A stretch of 64,000 nucleotides of DNA from Armatimonadota bacterium. GTDB taxonomy: Bacteria > Armatimonadota > SYMT01. The DNA lies in assembly GCA_046292385.1 (NCBI GenBank), contig JBKBRF010000024.1, positions 1 to 64,000 on the forward strand, written 5' to 3'. Position numbers and translations under genes: made by a program. How positions within the stretch are numbered: position 1 is the first letter of the stretch; each line of letters starts with the position of its first letter. Shown here one piece after another: positions 29,512-39,233 of this stretch. The notes beneath the pieces were generated by a model, which was given only the letters and a program-made list of their open reading frames with translations, had not been told where the DNA came from and ran no database searches.

Positions 29512-30363
29512 ATGCGCCTTGCCATTACTGCCGACCTCCACTGGGGCGTCAGCCGCCGCGGCGACCGTGCCACTCGCGCCCTTCGCCGGCGGGTGGAGGA
29601 GCTGGCGCCGGACCTCTTCGCGATCGCGGGGGACGTGGGCGAGGGCGGCGACTTCGCCCGGTGCCTGGCGCTCTTCTCCGGTCTCTCGTGCCCCCGCGTG
29701 CTGGTGCCGGGGAACCACGATCTCTGGATCCGCGCACCGGGAGCCTCGTCGCTGGCGCTCTACCGGGAGCGGCTGCCCCGGCTCGCGGTGGAGCACGGCT
29801 TCCACTATCTCGACACCGCGCCGCTCGTCTCGGACGACGGGGCGGAGGCGGTGGTCGGCAGCATCAACTGGTACGACTACAGCTTCGCCGACCCGGAGCT
29901 GGAGCGGGAGATCCCGGCGGCGCCCCGGATGTACCGGGAAAAGCGCTTTCCGCGCGGAGTGCACAACGACGGCCGCTTCGTCTCGCTGGAGATGGATGAT
30001 CCCACGTTCACGGGAGAGGTGGTGGAGCAGTTCCGGCGCCACCTCGCGGCGCTGCCGCCGACCGTGACGCGGGTGACCGTGATACAGCACCACCCGCCGG
30101 TGCGGGAGCTCTTCTGGCCCGGGCCGATCACCCACGTAGAGGGGCGGTTCTGGCTGGCATTCACCGGAAACCGGCGGATGCAGGACGCGGTGCTGGATGA
30201 CGCCCGGATCGCAGCCGTAGTCTGCGGTCACACGCACGCGGCCTGCACCGCGGAGGTAGCCGGCCGCCGCTGCTTCAACGTGGGCGGAGACTACGACTGG
30301 AAACGCCTGCTCCTGCTCGACACGGGGTCGGGCGAAGAGCAGGCTTGGGAATTCCGCGACTGA
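29512..30363 (+). CDS. calcineurin-like metallophosphoesterase
   Basis: ADLH, AGD, PGNHD, HHPP, GHTH motifs. Confidence 0.9.
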   Translation: MRLAITADLHWGVSRRGDRATRALRRRVEELAPDLFAIAGDVGEGGDFARCLALFSGLSCPRVLVPGNHDLWIRAPGASSLALYRERLPRLAVEHGFHYLDTAPLVSDDGAEAVVGSINWYDYSFADPELEREIPAAPRMYREKRFPRGVHNDGRFVSLEMDDPTFTGEVVEQFRRHLAALPPTVTRVTVIQHHPPVRELFWPGPITHVEGRFWLAFTGNRRMQDAVLDDARIAAVVCGHTHAACTAEVAGRRCFNVGGDYDWKRLLLLDTGSGEEQAWEFRD

Positions 30364-30823
30364 GACTCCGGCTAGAGGGGTCTTTGACACGTTACCGGTT
30401 CTGGCGCTCCAGGCCCGCCTGGCTGCTCATCGCTCCGAGCTGCAGCGTGCGAGTAGCTCGCGACCTCTCGGGGATCGTCCAAAGGAGCCCGGAGGCTCTG
30501 CCGACAGGCGGAGACGGAGGGGTTCGCTTGTGAGGCCCCCGGGCGAGGGGGCCTCGCTTGAGCCGGACGGAGCGGCCCGTGAATCGACATACCGAGGCGG
30601 TCGTCGCCCACGAGCGCGGAGCACAGGCTTCCGCCGCGCACGCCCGGAGCAGTCCGCTAGCGCAGCCCGCAGGGCGTGAAAGGACTGCGGGAGGGCCCAA
30701 CACGCGGGAGGGCCGCTTCGGGAGGTGAGGGCGGGGGGCGGAACTTCGGAATGATGACTGTCGCGCCTGGAGGTGTTCCCCCGTCGCCACGTGCAGCTTC
30801 GACTTCAGTCCGAGGCCCGGATC

Positions 30824-31390
30824 CTAGTCGACGCCAAAGAGATCCGGGTGCATCCGCTCGATGTAGCCCATCACCTTCTTCTCCTCTTCCGGGGAGATCT
30901 TGGCGCGCTCCATGGCGGCCATCCGGTGCACGATGGCCGGCCACTCCTTCAGCGGGTGCTTCTTTTCTTTGTACATCAGCGCCACGCCATGGCAGTCCTC
31001 GCACTTCGCCAGGAAGGTGAGGTACTGCTCCTTCTCTTCCGGCGTGCCCTTGGTGCCGTGCAGGTAGGTCAGGTAAAGGAAGATCGGCTGCCGGTCTTCC
31101 AGCGGGATGTCGGCACCCTTCTTGAACGCCATCTTGCCGACCGTGCCCTGCCAGTCGAAGAGCGACTTCTTCGCCTCTTCCACGCGCTTGCTATCGTGAC
31201 AGGTGGTGCACCGTTTCGCGAACTTGCGGTAGCCGTCCCGGATCTCGAACGGAAGCTTGGCGATCTCCGGCGGGATGTCGGCGTCCTTCTTCTGCTCGCT
31301 CTGGTAGGCGAGGGCGGCCGACCCGAAGAGGACGGCGCAGCTCAGTGCGGTGATGATCTGCCGGAATCTGATAGCGGATGCTGCTCGCAT
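30824..31390 (-). CDS. exported diheme c-type cytochrome
   Basis: Signal peptide; CTTCH and CEDCH, each followed by W...V.[KR]M in an internal duplication. Confidence 0.85.
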   Translation of the reverse strand: MRAASAIRFRQIITALSCAVLFGSAALAYQSEQKKDADIPPEIAKLPFEIRDGYRKFAKRCTTCHDSKRVEEAKKSLFDWQGTVGKMAFKKGADIPLEDRQPIFLYLTYLHGTKGTPEEKEQYLTFLAKCEDCHGVALMYKEKKHPLKEWPAIVHRMAAMERAKISPEEEKKVMGYIERMHPDLFGVD

Positions 31391-31631
31391 GGTTCGTCCG
31401 TAGGGATGCTACCCTTACCCGGAATGGAGACACGCGCCGGGGCCGCGTTGTTTCGCCCGCGGTATTGAGTTCTGTTAGGCGCGCGGTCCCGTAGCCTCGC
31501 CGGACCGGATCGGCTCGGCGGTAGAGGAGCGGGGGAGCGGGCGAGCTCGAGAAGCTTCCTACGCAATCGGGTCTCTCGCTCTCCCACTCTCCCTTGCTCC
31601 CATTCCAGTCCGTGAGCAGTATCCGGACAGA

Positions 31632-32171
31632 CTACTGGTGCGGCAGCCGCTCGGCGGCGGCGAGGATCCGCTCGGCGATCTCATCCGGCGTTAGCTTGCT
31701 CGTGTCGAGCACCAGGTGGTAGTAGGCCGGGTCGTGGTAATCGATACCGTAGAGTTGCCGCAGGTTGGCGGTGTCCGCTTCGTCTCGCTCGGAGACCCGC
31801 GCGACCGCCTCTTCCAGGGAGTAGCCCGGCTCACGGGTGCGGAACCGCTCCGCGCGCACGTCCAGCGGGCAGTCGCAGAAGACGCGGAGGGCGTCCGGCA
31901 TCTCCCGGGCAAGGTAGCCTACGAGGCGCGCCTCGGCGATCAGGTTTCGCTCCTCGGAGAGGAGACGGAGCATGTCGGCGTCGAAATCGCGATGGATCTG
32001 GTCTCCCAGGTGGGAGATCTGCTGGGGGTCCAGGCCGCGCTCGGCACAGTACTCCCGGAAGCGGCCTCCGGTGCTGACGATGCGCCAGCCGGAGAGGCGC
32101 TCCAGCACCCGGCGGGCGGCGGTTGTTTTACCGGAAGCGGCGTCGCCACTGATACAGATGATGCGTGTCAC
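31632..32171 (-). CDS. cmk: cytidylate kinase, short (archaeal-type) family
   Basis: ISGDAASGKTT P-loop; STGGRFR; LYGIDY; YHLVLDTS. Confidence 0.8.
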   Translation of the reverse strand: MTRIICISGDAASGKTTAARRVLERLSGWRIVSTGGRFREYCAERGLDPQQISHLGDQIHRDFDADMLRLLSEERNLIAEARLVGYLAREMPDALRVFCDCPLDVRAERFRTREPGYSLEEAVARVSERDEADTANLRQLYGIDYHDPAYYHLVLDTSKLTPDEIAERILAAAERLPHQ

Positions 32172-32276
32172 GCTCCAATCATTCCCCGTGCCGGTGAGGT
32201 TTCCTGCAAGCAAGCCGCATCCCGGCCCGGATCACGCGGAGCGCGCGCCGCGGGTACGCGCGAGAGGACGAGTGGT

Positions 32277-33425
32277 ATGACGATTCCGACGCCGCGCCTG
32301 GCGGCGCGCCTGAGTGAGCTGGTCCGGATTCCCAGCGTCTCCCCCGCGCACGGCGGCCCGCGTGCCGGAGAGCCGGGCGAAGCCCGCCTGGCGGCGGCGG
32401 TGGAAGCCGCGTTCCGGGAGCTGGGAGGGGAGACGCATCGCCAGGAGGTGGCTCCGGGCCGGCCGAACGTATTCGGCATCTGGCGGGGGGAGTCGCACGC
32501 CTGGATCGGGGTCGACGTCCACATGGACACCGTCAGCGTGGAGCAGATGCCGGGCGATCCGTTCAGCGGCGAGGTGAAGGACGGCCGGGTCTGGGGCCGG
32601 GGAGCGGTCGACACGAAGGCGACCCTGGCGGTGGTGCTCGCGCTGCTGGAGCAGGTGAAGGAGCGGGGCGCCCGCCTTCCCGCAAACCTGCTGGTCTGCG
32701 CTACCGTCGACGAGGAGCACGGCGCGACCGGGGCCGCCGCCGCCGCCCAGTGGATCCGCGACCGGGGCCTGCGCCTCTCCGAGCTGGCGGTGGCGGAGCC
32801 GACCCGCTGCCGTCCCGTCTACGCCCACAAGGGAGTGCTGCGGCTGGAATTCTGCGTCCGGGGCACCGCGGCGCACTCCTCGCAGCCGCACCTGGGGCAG
32901 AACGCCATCACTGCGGCGGCGGAGCTGATCCTGGCGATGCGCACCGAGAGCCGGCGGCTCGCGGCGCTGGAGGCGGACGGTCCGGTGGGGCTGCCGACCG
33001 TCACCGTCACCCGCGTGGAAGGGGGCCGGGGGCAGAACGTGGTGCCGGATGAGTGCCGCGTCTCGCTCGACTGTCGCCTGGTCCCGGGAGAGCACCCGGC
33101 GGAGGTGGCGAGCCGCCTGCGCGAGATCGCGGAGCGCAAGTGCCCGCTCCCGGTGGAGACGGAAGTGCTGAAGAAGATCGCCCCGTTCTACCAGGACCCG
33201 GAGGCGCCGTGGGTCCACCGCCTCGCCGGCTGGAGCGGCAGCGCGCCCGGCGTAGCACCTTACTGCACTAACGCCTGGGCCTACCGGGACGTCGCGGATC
33301 AGTGCGTCGTGATCGGCCCCGGCTCGATCGACCAGGCCCACGGCGACGAGGAGTGGGTGGAGCTGAGTGAGCTGGAGAAGCTCGCGCAGATCTACGCCCG
33401 CTGGTGGGGCATTTCGTCTGGTTAG
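32277..33425 (+). CDS. M20 metallopeptidase / ArgE-like deacylase
   Basis: HMDTV, WGRGAVDTK, DEE, AEPT, AHKG, GPGSIDQAH..EE. Confidence 0.9.
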   Translation: MTIPTPRLAARLSELVRIPSVSPAHGGPRAGEPGEARLAAAVEAAFRELGGETHRQEVAPGRPNVFGIWRGESHAWIGVDVHMDTVSVEQMPGDPFSGEVKDGRVWGRGAVDTKATLAVVLALLEQVKERGARLPANLLVCATVDEEHGATGAAAAAQWIRDRGLRLSELAVAEPTRCRPVYAHKGVLRLEFCVRGTAAHSSQPHLGQNAITAAAELILAMRTESRRLAALEADGPVGLPTVTVTRVEGGRGQNVVPDECRVSLDCRLVPGEHPAEVASRLREIAERKCPLPVETEVLKKIAPFYQDPEAPWVHRLAGWSGSAPGVAPYCTNAWAYRDVADQCVVIGPGSIDQAHGDEEWVELSELEKLAQIYARWWGISSG

Positions 33426-33485
33426 CAGGTTGGCAGGTTAGCGCTGGTTCCAACCTGCAACCTGCTAACCTGCAACCTGCCAACC
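33421..33485. repeat. short tandem repeat with inverted partner (GCAGGTT / AACCTGC) between convergent genes
   Basis: gcaggtt x2 followed by aacctgc x4. Confidence 0.7.
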
Positions 33486-33492
33486 GGCGGCC

Positions 33493-36066
33493 CTACGCGC
33501 TCGACGCCGCTTTCTCCCGAGAGCGGGTGGTGCGGCGCTTGGCCGGCTTCTGGCGGCCGTCCGCGCCTTCCGGCGGTTTGCCATCGCCTTCCGGCTCCAG
33601 CGCGATCTCGATCGCTTCGGAGATCTCCCCCAGGAAGTGGAAGGTGAGCGTCTCCTTCAGCGCGGCGTCGATCTCCTCGTCCACGTCTTTCCGGTTGCGC
33701 TCCGGCAGCATGATCTCTTTGATCCCGGCCCGCCGCGCCGCCAGCACCTTCTCCTTGATGCCGCCGACCGGCAGCACGCGCCCGGTCAGGGTGATCTCAC
33801 CCGTCATCGCGACCCGCGGCCGGAGCTTGCGGCCCGTGAGCAGGCTGGAGATCGCCACCGCCATCGTCACGCCCGCGGAGGGACCGTCCTTCGGGATGGC
33901 GCCGGCCGGGACGTGGATGTGGATGTCGTGATTCTGGAAGAAGCTGGGGTCGATCCCCAGCGCTTCGGACTGCGAGCGGACGTAGCTGAGCGCCGCCTGT
34001 GCCGACTCCTTCATCACGTTCCCGAGCTGCCCGGTCAGCGTTAGATTGCCCTTGCCGTCCGGCATCGCGATCGCCTCGATGAAGAGGACGTCGCCGCCGA
34101 ACGGCGTCCACGCCAGCCCGGTCGCCACGCCGGCGTGGGAGACGCGGTCCTTCACCTCTTCGAACTCGAAGCGCGGCGCGCCCAGGTACTTGCGCACCTG
34201 CTCCTGGGTCACCTCGATCGACTCCTCGCGCCCCTCGGCGAACTCGCGGGTCGCCTTCCGGGTGATTGCGGCGACCTCTCGCTCCAGGTTGCGGACCCCC
34301 GCCTCGCGCGTGTAGCCGCCGATCAGGTAGCGGATCGCGTCGTCGTTCCAGGTGAGACGCTCCAGCGACAGGCCGTGCTCCTCCAGCTGCTTCGGGATCA
34401 GGTGCCGCTTGGAGATCTCGATCTTCTCCTCTTCCGTGTAGCCGGCGAGCTCGATGATCTCCATGCGGTCCCGCAGCGGCGGCAGGATCGTGTCGAGTAC
34501 GTTGGCCGTGGTGATGAAGAGCACCTGGGAGAGGTCGAACGGCACGTCGAGGTAGTGGTCCCGGAAGTCGACGTTCTGCTCCGGGTCGAGCACCTCGAGC
34601 AGCGCGGACGACGGGTCGCCCCGGAAGTCTTGGCCCACCTTGTCGATCTCGTCCAGCATCATCACCGGGTTCTTGCTGCCGGCGCGGCGCATGCCCTGGA
34701 TGATCTGGCCCGGCAGGGCGCCGATGTAGGTGCGCCGGTGGCCGCGGATCTCCGCCTCGTCCCGCATCCCGCCGAGGGAGAAGCGGACGAACTTGCGCCC
34801 CAGCGCCCGGGCGATGCTCTTGCCGAGGGAGGTCTTTCCCACCCCCGGAGGGCCGGCAAAGCAGAGGATCGGCTGGCGCACGTCCCCTTCCTTCTTGAAC
34901 TTGCGGACGGAGAGGTACTCCAGCAGCCGGTCCTTGATCTTCTCCAGGCCGTAGTGGTCCTCGTCCAGCACCTCGCGGACCGCCGGAATCTCCAGGTTGT
35001 CTTCCGTCACCTCGTTCCAGGGCAGGCAGGTCAGCCAGTCCAGGTAGGTGCGGGAGACGGTGTACTCCGCGGCGGCCGGCGGCATCCGCTGCAGGCGGTC
35101 GAGCTCGCGCTCCGCTTCCTTCCGGGCGTCTTCCGGCATGCCGGACGCCTCGATCCGCTCGCGCAGCTCCTGGATCTCCGCTTCCCGGTCGTCGCCTTCG
35201 CCCAACTCGCGCTGGATCGCCTTGAGCTGCTCCCGCAGGAAGTACTCCCGCTGCATCCGGTTCATCTCGGAGCTGACCTCCGACTGGATGCGCGTGCCGA
35301 CTTCCAGCACGTTCAGCTCCCGCTGCACCAGCGCGGAGAGCTTGCGGAGCCGCTCCATGACGTTCAGCTCTTCCAGGATCTCCTGCTTCTCCGGGGTGCC
35401 GACCGGGAGGTGCGCCGCCACCAGGTCTGCCAGGGCGCTGGGGTCCCGCACGTTCATCGGAATGGCCTGCAGCTCGTCCGGCAGCGTGGGCGACATCTGC
35501 ACCACGCGCTGGAAGCCGCTCGCCACGTTCCGGACGAACGCCTGGATCTCCACTTCCTCTTCCGGACCCAGGCCCTCTTCAGCTTCCTTGAGCGGCTCGA
35601 TGCGGCACCGGATGTACGGGTCTTCCTGGAGCGGCTCCACCAGGCGGATGCGCTGGAGGCCGTGCACGATCAGGCGCACGCCGTCCGGCATCTTCACCAT
35701 CATGCGGATCGCCGCGGCGACGCCCACGGGGTGGAGGTCGTCGAACTTCGGCACTTCGACCGTGGCATCTTTCAGGGTCACGATCCCGATGATGCGGCTC
35801 TCCGCCACGGCGGCGTCATCGATCAGCTTGACCGAGGCCTCCCGGGTGACGGTGAGCGGCGCCACCACCGCAGGGAACAGCACGTTGTCGCGCAGCGGGA
35901 GGATCGACAGCTCGGAGGGGATGAGACTCAGCAGATCGCCCTCGCCTTCCTCCGTGATCTCCACCGCCTCGCCTTCCGGTCCCGGCAGGTCCTGCTGCGC
36001 CTCTTCGGCCGGGTCGGTTTCACCCGCAATTCGCTCCAGCAAGGCTCTTTGTTCGTCGCTATCCAT
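33493..36066 (-). CDS. lon: ATP-dependent Lon protease
   Basis: LPLRD.VLFP N-domain; GPPGVGKT; GHRRTYIGALPG; PKDGPSAG; VGGIKEK. Confidence 0.97.
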   Translation of the reverse strand: MDSDEQRALLERIAGETDPAEEAQQDLPGPEGEAVEITEEGEGDLLSLIPSELSILPLRDNVLFPAVVAPLTVTREASVKLIDDAAVAESRIIGIVTLKDATVEVPKFDDLHPVGVAAAIRMMVKMPDGVRLIVHGLQRIRLVEPLQEDPYIRCRIEPLKEAEEGLGPEEEVEIQAFVRNVASGFQRVVQMSPTLPDELQAIPMNVRDPSALADLVAAHLPVGTPEKQEILEELNVMERLRKLSALVQRELNVLEVGTRIQSEVSSEMNRMQREYFLREQLKAIQRELGEGDDREAEIQELRERIEASGMPEDARKEAERELDRLQRMPPAAAEYTVSRTYLDWLTCLPWNEVTEDNLEIPAVREVLDEDHYGLEKIKDRLLEYLSVRKFKKEGDVRQPILCFAGPPGVGKTSLGKSIARALGRKFVRFSLGGMRDEAEIRGHRRTYIGALPGQIIQGMRRAGSKNPVMMLDEIDKVGQDFRGDPSSALLEVLDPEQNVDFRDHYLDVPFDLSQVLFITTANVLDTILPPLRDRMEIIELAGYTEEEKIEISKRHLIPKQLEEHGLSLERLTWNDDAIRYLIGGYTREAGVRNLEREVAAITRKATREFAEGREESIEVTQEQVRKYLGAPRFEFEEVKDRVSHAGVATGLAWTPFGGDVLFIEAIAMPDGKGNLTLTGQLGNVMKESAQAALSYVRSQSEALGIDPSFFQNHDIHIHVPAGAIPKDGPSAGVTMAVAISSLLTGRKLRPRVAMTGEITLTGRVLPVGGIKEKVLAARRAGIKEIMLPERNRKDVDEEIDAALKETLTFHFLGEISEAIEIALEPEGDGKPPEGADGRQKPAKRRTTRSREKAASSA

Positions 36067-36143
36067 AATTCGTTTCCGCGTTACCGCGTTCGTCGGCGGT
36101 CGTCCGGCCCGCCGTAAGTCTCTGCCCGCGCTCCCGGCCGGCC

Positions 36144-36599
36144 TTAACCCCGCACCGGGATGTTCGTCGTGGTGGGGCCGGGATCGACGCGCTTCGGCAG
36201 TGTAATCAGCAGGAAGCCGTCCCGGTACGCGGCGTTCACCTGGTCCCGCTCCACGTTGGCGCCCGGCGGCAGCGGGAGCACGCGCTCGAACGGCCCGAGA
36301 TAGATCTCCATCTGGTGGAAGAGGATCCGGTCGACCGCTTCGGTGCGCTCGTCCTCCCGGACTCCCCGGATGGCGAGGGTGCGGCCATCGCCGGAGAGCT
36401 CCACGTGGATGCTGTCCGCCCGCACGCCCGCCAGCTCCACCTTCACCTTCACCGCCTCTCGGGTCTCGTAGACGTCCGCCCGCGGCTCCCAGAATCGCTC
36501 CGGAGAGGTGACGGAGTGCAGGAAGCGCCGGAGCATCTCATCCGAGCGCTCGAACTCCTGCTCCATCTGCCGGATCAGGTCTTCATAGAAACGGTTCAT
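36144..36599 (-). CDS. Hsp20/alpha-crystallin small heat-shock protein
   Basis: WEPRADVYET, ELAGV, GPFERVLPLP, AAYRDGFLLITLPK; directly upstream of lon. Confidence 0.92.
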   Translation of the reverse strand: MNRFYEDLIRQMEQEFERSDEMLRRFLHSVTSPERFWEPRADVYETREAVKVKVELAGVRADSIHVELSGDGRTLAIRGVREDERTEAVDRILFHQMEIYLGPFERVLPLPPGANVERDQVNAAYRDGFLLITLPKRVDPGPTTTNIPVRG

Positions 36600-36895
36600 C
36601 TCCCGCGCACCCCTGTTCCCGTGTCAACCCTGCCCGCCGCGTCGATACAGGCGGGGGACAGACAAAGCGGCGGACCGCCGCCGGGGAACGGCGGGGTCCC
36701 GGAGCCGCGGTGAGCGGCCCGCACATAGCACTATACCCCAGTGCGGCGCGGGCTGACGCGGAGAGCTTGGGAGGGATCGGAGCCGATCCGCCGGGGGCCT
36801 GCAGCGGGCCCGGACGTGCGCGAGCTCGCCCCCCGCTGCGGACGAGCGCCCGGGCCATTTCACCCGGATTCCGTGCGCCGCTCCGGGGGAGGGAG

Positions 36896-37474
36896 TCAGC
36901 GGTCGAGCTGAATCCGGACGGTCTGCACTCCGTCGCGGACCGTTACCTCGAGGATCCGCGGCTCCGGGTCCTCTGGAATGACGCTGATGCTGCCGTCCCG
37001 CTCCAGATACGCAAGCCGGATCCCCTCCGCATCGGTCCGCTTTGCCTGGAGCCGCATCGCTTCCTGGAGGTCCTTCTCCGAAAGGCTCGCCTCGCGCAGC
37101 CCTTCCCGGCGGATCGTCCCGTTCTCGATCAGCAGGACCGGGTGCCCCTTCACCAGCGGGCCGAACCAGTCCATGTAATAGGACAGCGCGGCCAGCCCCC
37201 AGTGCATGCCGATCAGCGCCGTGCCCGCCACCAGCGTCGGCACGAAGGGCGCGGAGCCGTTGATGGCGCGGCTCATGATCGAGCCGATCATGATACCCAG
37301 GATGATGTCGAACGCCGTGCCCTTCCCCAGAAAGCGCTTGCTCCCCAGGCGCACGATCGCGAGGGTGAAGGCATAGACCACCACGGCCCGGAGCGTCATC
37401 TGTGCGGCGTTGACCTGCTCCACGTCGCGGCTCAGCCCGAGCAGCGCCTCAAGCCACTCCCCTACCTGATCCAT
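36896..37474 (-). CDS. DUF421/YetF membrane protein
   Basis: RLGSKR, FDIILGIMIGS, VKGHPVLLIENG, AYLERDGSISVI. Confidence 0.85.
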   Translation of the reverse strand: MDQVGEWLEALLGLSRDVEQVNAAQMTLRAVVVYAFTLAIVRLGSKRFLGKGTAFDIILGIMIGSIMSRAINGSAPFVPTLVAGTALIGMHWGLAALSYYMDWFGPLVKGHPVLLIENGTIRREGLREASLSEKDLQEAMRLQAKRTDAEGIRLAYLERDGSISVIPEDPEPRILEVTVRDGVQTVRIQLDR

Positions 37475-39233
37475 CCCCTCTCTCCTCTCCGCCCGCCGCG
37501 GCTCGATCACCCGCTGGAGACCCTTCCCCGCCCAGACGGGCCAGCCAGGCCCGCGCGTCTGAGACCGCCTCTCGCGTGGAATGCCCCACGATCGTGGTGG
37601 CGCCGTAGGCATGCACCGGACCGGCCAGCCGCAGCTTGCCGGAGCGAGTCACCTGCGCGTAGGCCTCGGAGCCCAGCCCGCTCAGGTAGAGCCGTCCCTC
37701 CACGTCCGCCAGCCGCTCGGCGTAGTCATTCAGCACGTCGATCAGCGTCGCTCCGAACCGGCTCCGGCCCCGCAGCCGCAGGATGACCACCGGGTGACTT
37801 GTCCCTTCCGGACTCGGCAGCAGCCGCTCCAGCGTCCAGGCGCCCGCATAGAAGAGGTGGCCGTACACCCGGAGCACCGTCACTTCCCGCGAGCGTAGCC
37901 GTTCCGGCGCCGGACACTCCTCGATCCGGCCGTCCTCGCGCTCCACCAGCGCTACCACCGACACGTCGGTGGAAGAGGCGTAGAGGTGGAGTAAAGCCGA
38001 GAGCGCCGCGCCGATGCCGACCGCGATCTGGATCGGCAGGAAGAGGGTCGCCGCGAACGTGGTCCCCGCCGCCACGCGAGAAGGCCAGCCGGTCTGCCAG
38101 ATGGAGCGGGCTTCGTCGACGTCGATGGCGCTCACGCCGGCCACGATCATCAGGGCGGCGAGCACCGCCATCGGCACCCGGCTCACCAGCCCGGGGATCA
38201 GCATCACGAACACCAGCATCCAGACCCCGCCCAGCACTCCGGCCCAGCGACTCCGCGCCCCCACGTTCACGTTCAGCGCCGTCTGGCCCACCGAGCCTCC
38301 CGCCGGGATCCCGGACAACAGGCCGCTGCCGACGTTCGCCGCTCCCTGCGCCACCAGGTCGCGCGAGGGGGAGATCCGGGTGCCGTCCGGGTTCTCCACG
38401 CTTTCACTCACGCCGGCTCCCTGGACGGCGATCACCGCCGCAACCGCCAGGGCCGACCCCACCAGCTCGAACGAGAGAAAGCTTAGATCCGGCAGCGCGA
38501 GCGTGGGGATGCCGCGTGGGATCGGACTCACGTCCGCCACGACTCGCACCTCCTCCCAGCCGGCCGCGGCGACCAGCAGCGAGGGCACGACGAGCGCGAC
38601 GAGCGAGGCGAGCGGCTCCAGCGGCGTGCGGGCTACCCCCACCGCCAGCCCCAGCGCCAGCACTCCGGTGAGGATCGTCGTCCAGTGGAACGCCCCCGCG
38701 TTCGCCAGCAGGTCCAGGAACTGCGTCAGCTCGCTGCTCCCCTCCGGAGAGAATCCGACGAGCGGCGCGAGCTGGTCGAGGATCAGCACCACGGCCACGC
38801 CGATCAGGAAGCCGGTCATCACGGAGAAGGAGACGAAGCGGACCAGCCGGCCCAGCCGCAAGAACCCGAAGAGGGCCAGGAACACCCCGATCAACACCGT
38901 GAGCAGGAAGAGCGCCGGCTCCCGCTGGGCCGGCGGGTAGCTCTGCAGCACCTGCCCCGCCGCCAGGGCCGAAGCGCTGGTGGTGGAGACCTGCATGAGT
39001 TGGGCGCTCACCAGCAGACTGCCCCCGATCGGCGCCGCGATGCTGGTGTAGAGACCGTAGACCGGGTTCACACCGGCCAGCGCCGCCGAGGCGAGCCCGT
39101 CCGGAACGCTGACTACGGCGTTGATCAGTCCCGCCAGCACGTCGCGCCGCAGGCCCGATCGCGGCCGTCCCGCGCGAGACTGCCGGCCGGGCTCCGAGGT
39201 CCGGGGGCCGGACGCAGCACCGCGCGCCGTCAT
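37449..39233 (-). CDS. SulP/SLC26 anion permease with STAS domain
   Basis: DVLAGL..AVVSVPDGLA, PVYGLY, RFVSFSVMTGF, AQGAAN, GHLFYAGA. Confidence 0.9.
   Translation of the reverse strand: MTARGAASGPRTSEPGRQSRAGRPRSGLRRDVLAGLINAVVSVPDGLASAALAGVNPVYGLYTSIAAPIGGSLLVSAQLMQVSTTSASALAAGQVLQSYPPAQREPALFLLTVLIGVFLALFGFLRLGRLVRFVSFSVMTGFLIGVAVVLILDQLAPLVGFSPEGSSELTQFLDLLANAGAFHWTTILTGVLALGLAVGVARTPLEPLASLVALVVPSLLVAAAGWEEVRVVADVSPIPRGIPTLALPDLSFLSFELVGSALAVAAVIAVQGAGVSESVENPDGTRISPSRDLVAQGAANVGSGLLSGIPAGGSVGQTALNVNVGARSRWAGVLGGVWMLVFVMLIPGLVSRVPMAVLAALMIVAGVSAIDVDEARSIWQTGWPSRVAAGTTFAATLFLPIQIAVGIGAALSALLHLYASSTDVSVVALVEREDGRIEECPAPERLRSREVTVLRVYGHLFYAGAWTLERLLPSPEGTSHPVVILRLRGRSRFGATLIDVLNDYAERLADVEGRLYLSGLGSEAYAQVTRSGKLRLAGPVHAYGATTIVGHSTREAVSDARAWLARLGGEGSPAGDRAAAGGEERGDGSGRGVA

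Noticed and set aside
30400..30800. Hairpin-rich gap between convergent genes as a possible ncRNA
   Set aside because: Hairpins are expected at this GC content, and no known motif was recognised.
36724..36745. CIRCE-like TAGCACT...AGTGC upstream of Hsp20-lon
   Set aside because: Spacer too short and right arm degenerate relative to TTAGCACTC-N9-GAGTGCTAA.
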